NCBI RefSeq assembly: GCF_009914755.1
Contig: NC_060928.1
Reading direction: 5' to 3' (one strand)
From: the human T2T-CHM13v2.0 reference genome, Homo sapiens
DNA length: 64,000 bases
A program made the position numbers and the translations under genes. Numbering within the stretch: position 1 is the stretch's first letter; every line of letters starts with the position of its first letter. Below are positions 50,719-64,000 of the stretch, piece after piece. The notes beneath the pieces were generated by a model that saw nothing but the letters and a program-made list of their open reading frames with translations, did not search any database and had not been told where the DNA came from.

Positions 50719-51949
50719 AGGAAGTAAGTAGTAATTATAGTGGTACATCTCATTATAATACCTGGCCTTAATGAAATTTTGATAAAGGTAATACTATGTT
50801 GTATAGATTTCTAAATGTGTTGAGTCAAATAAAGACTATATACTTATTAGAAAGTAAAATATAAAATCATACTGTATACCAAAATATTTCTGCCCTTGAT
50901 ATTTTGACAATATTTAAAATATATTATTTTTCTTTATATAATCAGATGTTTGTATTTTGTATATGTTGATTAAATGATATAGGATAGATAAGGCCATTTA
51001 TGAAAATGTATACATTTTTCTCATATAAAATATAAGCAATATAAATTTAATGATAATTAAGTGATAATTTAGATGGCAGGAAATTAGATTCAGAAAAGAT
51101 AGGGGTAAGAAATTTAACAATGGAAGTAATTATATACATCAATCAAATATATATAGTACATGAAAAGAACATATGAATGTTTCAGAAGGACAATTTATAC
51201 ATAGCAATCAATACATGAAATCAATTGAAAAGCAATGCCAGATAGATTCTATAGATGTGAGATAAATTTTGAAACTATGTATTTTACTGAATAATCCTGG
51301 GGATAAAAATAATTTCTTCAAAATTAATTTTTCCTACCTTAAAAATTTTCTGAGCTAAATTATAGGTTGAAAGATGAATGAGGTAAACAATCCCAGAAAA
51401 ATATTTTGAAAATAAAGGACCCTAATGAAAATCGAGATGATTTGTAATGTCATTCTTGTGTTTAAAACGGATTTTTCTTTTCCAGCTTAAGGTATTATTC
51501 CAAAGCACCCACTTGTATGAAGTCTTAGTAGTCCAATCTCACTGACTTCTAAGATTAACTTCGCTCATACATTGGAGATACAGTTTTTCATACATAGTTG
51601 AGATCATTACTATAGAAAATGTTTTCTCTCTCTTTTGAACTATCAATTTTTGTTCTTAATTGATCATTTCCATTAGAATACAAAAGTGATCATTTCTCCC
51701 ACATTAAAAATAAACAAAGACAATTCTTCCTTAATTTTACATCTTCCTCTAGCTAATTACCCATTGTACTTTCTCTGAGGAAAATATCCCTCAATAATTG
51801 TCTGATTATTGTATACAATATCGCCTTTTATTTCATAAACCCATTGCAGTCAGATCCTAATTCATTATTTTGTTAAGGTCATTGGTGACTGGACTTTGAT
51901 ATATCCAAATGTAATTATCAGTCATTAGTTTGTTTAACAAATCATTGAA

Positions 51950-52280
<331 letters not shown>

Positions 52281-52707
52281 TTAAATATAAACTAAAATCA
52301 TATAAAATCATATACTTGCATGTCTAAAATAGTATTTTGCCTATTTGTATGGTCTTCTAAGCTGTGCCATATTTGTGAAACATAAGCACTTTTCCTCTTT
52401 TGGCCTTTTTCACACTTTTAAAATTAGAGTATATGATAGTGGATACCATTATAATTTAACCTTCAGGATTCAAAAGACTGAGATGAGGTCTCAATAGACA
52501 CACAAAAAAAGAATGGCTGATAAATACGATGCCAATCATAAATCTTTGTGTTGATTTAGCTACGTGAAATGGTAGAACCATTCGTAGTTAGAAAATTTTT
52601 TTAAAAATGTGTTATGTTAACAACAGCTACATCTCATATATAGAAATCTAAATCTGTGTTTGTTCAGTCAGATATTCCTTTCAGGAATGTTAAGTATCAA
52701 TTGAGTA

Positions 52708-52753
52708 AGTTTTACGGACTGAATTGTGTTTCCTCAAAATTCATATGTTGAAG
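52708..52753 (+). mobile_element. MLT1-type LTR 5' stub
   Basis: 'tttacggactgaattgtgtttcctcaaaattcatatgttgaag', cut by the MER57 LTR. Confidence 0.6.
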
Positions 52754-53173
52754 TTGTTAAAAGAACTCTAGATAAATTTAGTTTTCAACAGGGTTTAATT
52801 GAGTAAGAAAAAGATTTATAAATTGGGCAGCCCTCAGAATCATAGCAGATTCAGAAGGACTCTGGTGCTGTCACATGGTTTGAGAGAAATTATGGACAGA
52901 GAAAAGAAATTGAGGTGTATAAAATGAAAGTGAGGTACAGAAACTGTCTGATTGGTAATAGGCTGGCATTTGTTCTATTTGAACACAGTTTGAACAATTG
53001 TCTACCTCTGCATGGTTGAATTATGATTGTTGGGATTAGCTGAGACTCAGTTATTGTTATAGAAGCATATGCTTAAATTTGTGTTTTTCATTTGTTCACT
53101 TATTAAGCTTGGTAACACGTCAAGTATGTCAGTATGGAGAAGCTCTCAGGCCAGATTTTAGTTTGACTTAACA
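52754..53173 (-). mobile_element. MER57-type LTR (3' LTR of a minus-strand provirus)
   Basis: Minus strand reads 'tgttaagtcaaactaaaatctggcctgag...ccaatcagacagtttctgtacctcact...ctcaattaaac...cttttaaca'. Confidence 0.78.
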
Positions 53174-54709
53174 ATTTTTTTTTTTATTAGTCTCTCGGTT
53201 GAGAGACCTACTAAAACTTTAGGAACTGACTTCACTCTCTGTCACTACTGTAAATTATTATTTGGTTTTAGTGTGGAGCTTATAAGTCTTTCTTGGTCAT
53301 AGTCTTTGGAGTTTGTAAGTCACAGTTTTAGGTCATTTGAATGACTTTTTATGTTTATGTTGACCAATTTGAAGTGAGACTATTTAATTTTTGATGGATG
53401 ATTGTATATAAAACATTAAAGACTTGAGAGGATATAATGCATTAGGGGGCCTACTTTGATGACTGTCAACAGGATAATATCAAAATATCAAAGTACATTC
53501 TTTAACAAGAGTTTTTGTGAAACAAACCAAACTAAAGAAGTCAACGTTTAGGCAAATAGGCAGTTTAACAGTATTAGAGTCTAATTGGTCATAATCTTTG
53601 GAGTGTGAAGGCAATTAAGGATCATAGTTTGCTGTAAAGCGACTTGGCTTAAAGAGGTATTCATTGCTACTCTGGTAACACAAATAATAATAACCTGGAG
53701 AGTTATTAGAAGAAATATAAAGATCAGAAAACCTTGGAAAACTTAAACTTGTCATTTGTCATTTAGTGTGTCTCAAAATTAACTGTTAGTTGTTTTAGAA
53801 ACACATTATATGCTATTTTTTGAGAGAGATTTTTAAAAATGTTTTTGGTAACAGTGTTTAAGGAAATCGTATTAGTGACCATTTTAATTAAGTATTTTGT
53901 AGTAACAAAATTAGGCAGAGATAAATATATTATTTAGTTATGTTTAATATTAGAGATAGGTCCCAAACTTGAGTAAAAAGGAGATTTGAAGTTCTATGAT
54001 GTTTTGTTATTATTATTATTATTTTTAAATACAACTGTTCACATCTACCTTTTCAAGAGTGGCTATAATCCATACAAAATCCTGGAGGTTCCGATTGTTA
54101 AAAATTTAAGATGTTTTAAAATATACAAATTAGCACTGAATTTTATATAAGTGGTACCGCACTATCATCAAAAGAGAGTCCTCAGGAACCCCACTGGAAT
54201 TTTTTTTTTTAGTTGAAACTGGCTTATTTTGTCTATGTTAGGGCTAGAGTTAAGTTTGGTTATTGACATTTTGTCCTCTGCTCATAGAAGCTCTTATGAG
54301 AATTTATACGGAAAGTTATTTTAAAGGCAGGAGCAAGTTAAGCCAAATAGCAAGATCCAAACCAGCAAGGAGGCAAAATGAAATAAGTATATTCTTTACA
54401 GAACATATATAGGTCTTCTGGGCGTCTAGAAGCGGACACCTAGTTGTATTTGATAGAGGTCAGTTAGATTTGTTTGCCTATACATCTGTTTTGCTCTGGA
54501 AAAAAAAAAACTAGCGATAAATTTACTTTTTGTGACCATTTATAGTAGGTTGTAAGAGTGCATAATCAAATTTTGTAAAAAGAGACCTTATTCCTAGTAA
54601 CATAGTATAAGTAATTGTTTATATCCAAACAGGCAATTTTTAAGTCTTCAGTGTGTGACATCGGAAAGCACAGTGTACTCTTTGTAGGCACCACTTGTAT
54701 TAGTTTTTT

Positions 54710-54860
54710 GTATATATATACACATATATATAAAACTATATATAAATATATATATAACTATAAAAATATATAATATATATTATCTAGAAAAACTATATAT
54801 ATAGTTATATATATATATTTGGTAACAAGGTTTTTAATTGGAAAAATATATATTATATAT
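54710..54860. repeat. (TA)-rich low-complexity tract
   Basis: Degenerate TA runs, read directly. Confidence 0.9.
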
Positions 54861-56029
54861 GGTAACAAGATTTTTAATTGGAAAAGTTAGCGTTGTTTTA
54901 GTGAACAAACGAAAAGTTGCAGTGATGTTTAGAATATTGATAGCTATTTATTTATTTACTTTGGCGTTTTGGAGTGACTCTCATTGGGAATGTGAAGATG
55001 CATTGGCATTAGTGGAATGTTTTTTGATTGTTTATATTGGCTTGTAAACCTGACAGCTATTCTAGTTGCATGCTACAGCATAAGTTCTAGCTAAAGGTAT
55101 TCATCAATTATGCTCCAATGGATTTTTTTAATAGGGAAAGGAAACAAAAAAAAAGGATGAAGTTTATTATGGTGACAGAGACATCTTGATCTATGATTTT
55201 GAGAAAGCTGTCCACATCTAGGATGCCGTCTGCTTCTGGGAGGAAATTTTTGGTATATTTTATCTTAAAGTCTCAAACAGGTATATAGTTTTAGGAGTCT
55301 GAAGGGCCCTTTGGAGTTGTGAGAGGTAGACCCAAGGCTTAAGGCTCTGAAGAGTTACTGTAGTGTGGTTGGTCAGAAGAACTTGATGTGGTTCATTTTA
55401 ATACAGTTTAAGGGCAGCCTTTTTCTGATGTTATTTTTAGATAACCCAATCTCCAGGTTTCAGACCTTAGAGGATTTGAATGTCTCTAGTGTATTTCGAT
55501 TTTTTTTCCTTGTGAAAGTATAGTTTGGCAAAATGTAGCAAAGGATTGTAGTACATTAGGGTTTAGGAGATTGGGAGATAAATAAGGTTCTATTATTAGA
55601 GGTGCAGCCTTTTTAGTGGGAGCCCTTTATTGGATTCTATTACTAGAGGTATAGCCCTTTCAGTGGGACCTATTTTATAAGGTCTTTACTTAGTTTTTTT
55701 AGTGGGAGTGAATTTGATTGTCACTAAAGCCGATGATCATATCTTTGGTCAAGGCAACCCATTTGATTAACTTTGTGAATGTTAGTTTTAAGATGCCATA
55801 TTTTTAACCTTTTTAGAATGTTGAGCATGATAAGGACAATGGTAGTGTCATTGTGTTTGTAACACCTTATTTAACTGTTTTATAACTTGTCTAGTAAAAT
55901 GCGTTGCCCATTGCTGGAGATTATTTTTAGGAATATCTCATAAAAGAAACAAGTTTTAATAATTTTTCAGCTATTGTCACAGGATTGGCTTTTTTATATG
56001 GAAAGTCTTTACCCAACCAGAAGATATAT

Positions 56030-56546
56030 TGTGATACACTGCCTTGTTTTAACCTGATTGACTCTCACTTAGCTGAGAGAGCCGGACAGACTCCATTTTG
56101 GTTTCTTCACTTGCCGCCCCCTATCCCCCTCCCTTAAGGACATAACTGGTGCAAGCTGACTCCAAGCACATCCAGGAATGCACTTGCTCATAAGATACTG
56201 AGGCAAGCTGTACCAGCAGCCCCTGGGAACGCGCTCGGTTGATGGTACCCAAAGCCCATGCATTTATCTCTTTGTGATAGTTTAAGCCCCTGCATTTGGA
56301 ACTGTTTTTTCTGTAACTGTTTCTGTAATCATTTATCTTTTAACTTTTTGCCTGTTCTGCTTCTGTAAAATTGCTTCAGCTAGACTCCCCCTCCCCTTTT
56401 TAGACCAAGGTATAAAAAGAAATCTAGCCCCTTCTCCAGGGCCGAGAGAATTTTTGAGCTCTAGCCGTCTCTCATTCGCCGGCAATAAAGGACTCTGAAT
56501 TAGTCTCAGAGTGTGGCATTTCTCTATAACTCGCTCGGTTACAACA
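56030..56546 (+). mobile_element. LTR6B-like (HERV-S71/HERV-T) solo LTR
   Basis: 'tgtgatacactgccttgttttaacctgattgactctcacttagctgagagagccggacagactccatttt' to 'cggttacaaca'; TATAAAA at ~56411; AATAAA at ~56484; exact TSD ATAT. Confidence 0.82.
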
Positions 56547-58052
56547 ATATAAACAATCATAAAAATATACCAATACTCCATTGAGGGTGGCAACTGGAAG
56601 AAGTCCATCTGGACATGTGTAAATGGTTCATTAGGGAGTAGGTATATACAATCTGAAGTGTAGATTTTTTTTTTAGGATTATGAGTTTAGCAAATCAAAT
56701 ATTGGTTATAAACTATTTTAGAAATTTGGACTATTCTATTAATTTTTAATATAATTGAATAATTGTGTCTGTTTTATGATGAGTTGTGGAATGTAGAGTT
56801 TTTAATGATGGAAGCTTTAAAGACAGAAAGGACAGGTGGCTATCCTGGCTTTTTGTGTCTCTACATTGAACATTGAATTTATACTTTTATAGATATCAAT
56901 TTTCTTTTTTTAAATAATGTGTATTATTCTATTTATTAAGTAGATTTTTATAAACAAGTTGAATTGATGTAATCTTATGAAGTTCATTTAGATTGTATAT
57001 CCTAACAGTTTTGGTCCTAGCTGATTTAGCAGAAAAATTTGTTAAAGCACTTTCTTGATATTTAGGCTGAGTTTTATAGGTATGAGCTTTAATCTAAATA
57101 ATTTGTGATGGTAACAGAAGAGTGGAAAAAAATTATCTAACATGGTGTCTATTTCTGATGGGGTATGACTAGAAGGGAGAAGCCCTTGATGATTTTATAT
57201 TATGTCAAAATATGTTATTATTCTAAAAGTATATCTGTTGTCTGTATAAATATTTATTGACTTGTTCTTAGTTATATAACAAGCTCTGGAGATAGCAAAA
57301 AGCACTGTGGATTGAGCTGATTTAAAGAAGATTTTTGTTTGCTTCATTTTTTCCTATTAGCTCATTTTAGGTAGTAACATTATATCCTGCCTGATATTTC
57401 TCTTTTGAGTTTTTGGAATAGAACCTATTAACAAAAAGTATTAACTCAGTGGAGTATTTCATAAACCAACATGAGGGCCCACTATTTCAGATACTGTACT
57501 TACACAGCTGTGGCCTTTACCCTCATCAGGCAGAGGCAATAGAGTAGTAGAATCAAGTAGATTGTGGCATTTTAGATGGAGATTAGAAGGAGACTGAGAA
57601 TTTTATAACATGTTAGACTGCTTACTGAAAATTGTTGGATATATTTGGAATTTAGCAGACTTTTATAGTATGTAAGATTGTAAATTCAGATTATTTCACA
57701 AAACCAGCTCAGATGAAGCTTTTATCAACTTGGTGACTGGTGATTGTTGTTACTGTTTTGAAACAATTAGGATGTGTCTTAGTTCATAGGTCTTACTGCA
57801 GGCTATAATATGTAATGGACCTAGGTTTTCCCCCAAGTTTCTTGGGTAAAAACTGTTAATGTCTGATTGTTATGTTTATAAATAAACAAGGTAAAAGGTT
57901 TAGTGTAATTTGCAAGTGTGAAACCCAAAGGCTGTTATAAGACCAATTTTATTTGGCTAAAAGCCTGTTTATGATTCTGTTTCCAAGGCCAAAGCTCTAA
58001 TATTCTGAATTTAGTAGGTTCATATAATGACAAACACATTAAGAAAAGTTTA

Positions 58053-58421
<369 letters not shown>

Positions 58422-59039
58422 TCAATTGTCTTTTGCTTGTAGGCCAAGGCAACTTTGAATAGTTTTTATCCGCGGGGGTGAGAGGGGAAATCACTTTAGC
58501 AGTGAAGTCACGTTTCAAAGAATGGAACGTTTTTTCTTGAAAACTGAAGATTTTTTTTGAAGCCTTATGCCTTTACCGTGTGAGTTGTAATAGGTAAATG
58601 GAGTCAAATTTGGGGTACTCTTTAGTGGGATAGGATAACGCTTGGTCATAGACAACACACAATGAGCACAGAATTTTAAGGACTGTACAGTTATTAGGTT
58701 CTGATGCACTGTCTGGGAAAAATATGAAGGGCTCTGTAAACCCTTGTGGCACTACCCTTGTGCACCGTTGATTTGTTTTTTCTAAGTAAAGGCAAACAAG
58801 TATAGACTGTCTTTATAAACTGTAATGATGAAGGGCAACCAGAGTTCTGCTACTGCAAACTTCTTGAAATGAGCAGGTACATCAGATAATAAAGTAGTGT
58901 GATTTGGGAATACATGAAATCTTGGCATCACATGTTATAAATGGATTTAAAGGGTGCACGTGAAGTTTTGTTACATGGATATATTGTGTGTAAACTCTGA
59001 GCTTTTAGTATGCTCATCCCCTGAATGTAAACATTGTAC

Positions 59040-59458
59040 TGAGGCAAGATTTTTGCTCCTTACTTCAGTTAAAATCCGGGTTCTTGTCTCACAACCAGGA
59101 AAAATTAAGCACGTGACCATACTGAAAAGGTGAGAGCAGAATTTATTAAAAGGAAAGAAAGTTCTCAGCAAAGAAAGAGAGTGTCCTGCCAATGGTCTCC
59201 CACCTCACAGATTGAATACCAGGCCACTATATAGGAGTTGAAGAGGCCAGGATCCTCCCCACTGCATAATGTATGAATTCCCAGTTGCTCCCCACAACTC
59301 TCGCAGTACACAAGAGGGCCCCTAGTCTGTTGTGGGAATGCCCAGACAAGGCCCTGGGCAGTTTCCCTCATCCTCACAAAAGCGTCTGATGTAAACACTT
59401 GTGGGGTGGGTCAGAGATTTTCTGAGGACCCTCCCTTATCTGCATCCTGCATCTATCA
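59040..59458 (-). mobile_element. MER61-like ERV1 solo LTR in the L1 3'UTR
   Basis: Minus strand 'tgatagatgcaggatgcagataagggagggtcc' to 'gcaaaaatcttgcctca'; exact TSD GTAC. Confidence 0.78.
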
Positions 59459-62400
59459 GTACCAAAAAGATAATTTTCCAATTCATCCTGTCTCCCAATC
59501 TCTCCACTTTTGGAGTTCCCAGTTTCTATTATTGCCCTCTGTATGTCCATGAGTACCCTTTGTTTAGCTCCCATTCATAGGAGAGAACATGCAGTATTTG
59601 ATTTTCTGTTCCTATTTATTTATTTATTTTTACCCTGAGCTATTTTAATTAGGATAATGGCCTCCAGCTCAATCTATGTTGCTGCAAAAAACTTTTTTAT
59701 TTCTGCTTTTTACAACTGTGTAGTATCTCAGCACATTTTTTAATCCAATCATCCATTGATGGACACTTCAGTTGATTTTATGACTTGGCTACTGTGAATA
59801 TTGCTGCAATAAACATAGGAGTGAAGGTGTCTTTTTGGTACAATGATTTCTTTCCTTCTGGCAGAACTCAGTAGTTGGATTGCTGAGTTACATTAGTTAT
59901 ACTTTTAGTTCTTTGAGAAATCACCATACTGTTTTTCATAGCAATTGTACTAATTTACATTCCTACCAACAGTGTATAAGTGTTCCCTTTTCTCCGTATC
60001 CTCGCCAACATATTTTTGACATTTTAATAATAGCCATTCTGACTGTTGTTAAGATGGTATCTCATTGTGGTTTTAATTGCATTTCTCTGATGATTAGTTT
60101 TATTGAATATATTTTCAAATGTGTGTTGGCCACTAATACATCTTCTTTTGAGAAATGACTATTTATGTCCATTGCCTACGTTTTAACGGAGTTATTTGTT
60201 GTTTCTTTTTTGAAGTGTTTGAGTTCCTTGTAAATTCTGACCGTTGGTCTTTTGTCAGATACACAGTTTGAAAATATTTTCTTCCATTCTGTAAGTTGTC
60301 TGTTTATTCTTTTGATTATTTCCTTTGCCTCACAGAAGTTTTTCAGTTTAATTAAATCCCATTTGTTTATTTTTGTTTTTGTTGTACTTGCTTTTAAGTC
60401 ATGAATTCTTTGCCTAGGTCAACGTCCAGAAGAGTGTTTCCTAGGTTTTCTTCTAGGATTTTAGTAGTTTGAGGTCTTAAGTTTAAAATATTTAATCTAT
60501 TTTCTTTCATTAATTTTTATATACGTTGAGAGGTAGGGGTCCAGTTTTGTTCTGCATATGGCTATCCAATTTTCTCAGCACTCCTTATTGAATAGGATAT
60601 CCTTTCCCCAGTGTATATTTTTGACAACTTTGTCAAAGATTAGTTGATTATAGGTGTGTGGCTTTATTGATGGGTTCGCTATTCTGTTACAGTGATATAT
60701 ATGCCTATATTTCTACCACTGCCCTCCTGTGTTAGTTAATATAACTTTGCCGTATAATTTCAAGTCAGATAATGTAATGCCTCTAGCTTTGTTGTTTTGG
60801 CTTAGAATTGCTTTGGCTATTTGGGCTCTTTCTTGGTTTCATATGAATTTGCAAATACTTTTTCTAATTATGTGAAAAATGACATTTTTAATTTTATAGG
60901 AGTTGTGGTGAATGTATATATCACTGTGAGCATATGGCCATTTTAATGATATTTATTCTTCCAATCAATAATAATGAAAAGTTTTTCTCTTTTTTGTGTC
61001 ATCTATATTTCATTGGTGTTTTCATTCAAGTAGTTCTACTTGTAAAGATCTTTCACCTTCTTTGTTAAATCTATACCTAGGTATTACATTTATTTATATT
61101 TGTAGCTATTGTAAATGAGATTAAGTTGTTGATTGTCGGCTTGAACATTGTTGATGTGTAAAATGGTACTGATTTTTGTAAGATGATTTTGTATCCCGAA
61201 ACTTTACTGAAGTCAAATGTCAAATCTAGGAGTCTTTTGCAGAGTCTTTAGGATTTTCTAAGTATAAGATTGTATCCCTGATGAACAGAGATAATTTGAC
61301 TTTTTATCTAATGTGGAAGCCTTCTCTTTCTTCTCTCTCTCTTGGTGATTGCTATGACTAGTACTTCCAGTACTATGTTGAATAGGACTCAGGAAAATAG
61401 AATCTATGTCTTCTTTCAGTGCTTAGTGTGAATGATTTTAACTTTCCACCATTCAATATGATGTTCACTCTGGATCTGCCATATATGGCTTTTTTTATTT
61501 TGAGGCATGTTTATTTGATGCCTCATTTGTTCTGGATTTTTAACATCAAGGGATGTTGAATTTTATCTAATGTTTTCTTGCATCTATTAAGGTGATCATA
61601 TGGTTTTTGTTTTTAATTCTGTTCATGTGGTGAATCACACTTATTGATTTTGTATGTTTAGCCATCCTTACATCCTTGTGATAAAATACACTTGATTGTA
61701 GTGAATTATCTTTTAGAAGTACTATTGAATTCAATTCACTGTGATTTTGTTGATTATTGCATCCATATTCATCAGGGATATTGGCCTGTAGTTTTATTTT
61801 ATTGTTTTGTCCTTGACTGATTTTGGTATTAGGATGACGCCGGTTTCATATAATTCCTTAGGGAGGAGTCCTTCCTCCTTTATCTTTTGGAATCATTTCA
61901 GGAAGATTGGTATGAACTCTTTTTGGCTGTGAACTCATTTGGTATTGAGCTTATTTTGATTGGTAGGTTGTTTTTATTACTGATTCAATTCCATTACCTG
62001 TTATCGGTCTGTTAAGGATTTTTATTTCTACCTGGCTCAAAAATGGGAGGGTATATTTTTCCAGAAATTTATCAATCCTTTAGTTTTTCTCATTGGGCAC
62101 AAGGAGATATTCACAGTAGTTTCTGATGATCTTTTGTTATTTCTGTTATCAGTTGTAATGTTGCATTTATCATTCATGTTTGCTCTTATTTGGATCTTAT
62201 CTCTTTTTACTTTGTTAATCTAGTGAGTAGTCTACTGATTTTGTTTATCTTTTCAGAAAATCAGCTTTCTGTTTTGTTGATTCTTTGCTTAGTGCTTTTT
62301 GTATCATTATCATTAATTCTGGTCTAATCTCTGTTATTTTTTTTCCTGTTAGCTTTGAGTTTGATTTTTTCTTGTTTTTCTAGCTCCCTGAGATGCAACA

Positions 62401-62552
62401 CTTGAAACTTAAATCTTTTCATCTTTTTCATATAGGCATTTAATGCTATATACTTTTCTTTTATTACTGCTTTTGCTGTATCTGTAACATATTTTGATAT
62501 GTTGTTTCTCTGTTTTCATTCCTTTCAAATTATATTTTGATTTTTCACATCA

Positions 62553-62865
62553 TTTATTTTTTCTTTCTTCTTTTTTTTTGAGACAGGGTCTTGCTTTGTT
62601 GCCCATGCTAGAGTACAGTGGCATCATCTCAGCTCACTGCAAACTCCACCCCCCATCATCGAGTGATTCTTGTGCTTCAGCCTTCCGAGTAGCTGGGATT
62701 ACAGGTGTGTGCCACCATGCCCAGCTAATTTTTGTATTTTTAGTAGATATGGTTTCACCATATTGGCCAGGTTGATCTCAAACTCCTGCCCTCAACTTCA
62801 AGTGATCCACCCTCCTTGGCCTCCCAAATTGCTGGGATTACAAGCATGAGCCACTGCACCTGGCT
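62553..62865 (-). mobile_element. Old Alu (AluJb/Sz-like) within L1
   Basis: T-tail, 'gagacagggtcttgctttgttgccc' to 'gagccactgcacctggct'. Confidence 0.92.
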
Positions 62866-64000
62866 AATTTTATGTTTTTACCCAAAGAATGTTCAGGAGC
62901 AAATTGTGTAACTTCCATATATTTGTACAGTTTTGAGATTTGTCTTAGTATTGACTTCTAGTTTCATTCCACTGTAGTCTGAGAAGGTATCTAATATAAT
63001 CTTAGTTTTTTTTTAACTTTATTGAGATATGCTTTATGGCCAAATATATGGTCTATTTTGGATAAGTTCCATGAGAAGATGAGAAAAATGTATTTTGCAT
63101 TCGTTGAGTAGAATCTTGTGTAAATGTCTAATTAGGTCCTTTTGGTCCAGAGTCCAGTTTAAGTCATTTCTTTTTTTGATGTTCTGCCTAGATGATCTTT
63201 CTGTTACCATCATTGGGATGTTACAGTCTCCTACTATTATTATCTTGTTTTTTATCTCTTTTCTTATGTCAGGTGGTGTTTGTTTTAAGAACCTGGCTAC
63301 TCCAGTGTTAGGCATGTATATATTTAGGTATGTAATAACTTATTGTTGAATTGATACTTTTATCATTATATAGTGACTTTTTCATCTTTTTTTTTTAACT
63401 GTTGTTGATTTAAAGCCTATTTTATCTGATATAAAAATAGTTACTCCTGCTTGCCTTTGTTTTCTGTTTGCATGGAATATCTTTTTCATCCATTTACTTT
63501 AAATCTGTGAAGGTCTTTATCATTAGGAGGGTTTCTTGTAAGCATATCATTAGATCTAATTTTTTTAATGCAATCTGCCAGTCTACACCTTTTAAGTAGA
63601 ATATTTATTTGATTTGCATTCAATGTTAATATTGAGATATGAGATTTTGTTCCTGTTATAATGGTAATTATTACCTAGTTGCTTTATAGTCTCAATTGTG
63701 TATTTTTTGTGCTTTACATAATTGTGCATTATATGATTCGTGAATTTTGTACATTCATGTGCTTTATGATTGTATCATTCATTTGTTTTCATGTTTAGAA
63801 CTCCTTTTAGTATTTCTTTCAGGATTAGTCTAGTGGTGAAATATTCTCTTACCATTTTCTTATCTGGAAAAGACTTTATTTCTCCTTCATTTAGGAAGCT
63901 TAGTTTGTCAAGATACAAAATTACTGCCTGGCAGTTGTTTCTGTTTATTTAATATTAAAAATAGTCCTCTAATCTGTTCTGGCTCATAAGATTTCTACAG

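Larger units (their letters stand above)
58938..64000 (-). mobile_element. Long L1 (L1PB4/L1MA1-2-like): 3'UTR, ORF2, ORF1 end; runs off the window
   Basis: 3'UTR 'gttttgttacatggatatattg'; continuous antisense ORF2; ORF 63034..63315 'PNTGVARFLKQ...IIIVGDCNIP' is the endonuclease domain. Confidence 0.92.

Overview
AT-rich human/primate genomic DNA (a human-specific AluYb8 points to human) made up mostly of interspersed repeats. No intact host protein-coding gene, RNA gene or CRISPR array is supported, and the interpretable ORFs in the track come from L1, Alu or ERV remnants. Main elements: a two-LTR HERV-H provirus (27509-33370, CCAGG TSD, tRNA-His PBS); a 3'-truncated MLT2D/ERVL provirus with a dUTPase remnant, interrupted by a half-MADE1 and an internally deleted L1; an inverted older ERVL-class pol relic; and a MER57-type provirus carrying nested LTR6B-like and Alu insertions. 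Also present are several solo LTRs, eight Alus including a near-consensus AluYb8, an L1PA7-like element reduced to its 5'UTR plus 3' end, Tigger2a, L2/MIR relics and microsatellites. I found no convincing novel biological system. The best leads are transposon-structure oddities and a few candidate regulatory sites. Subfamily names come from recalled consensus sequences and need RepeatMasker/Dfam confirmation.
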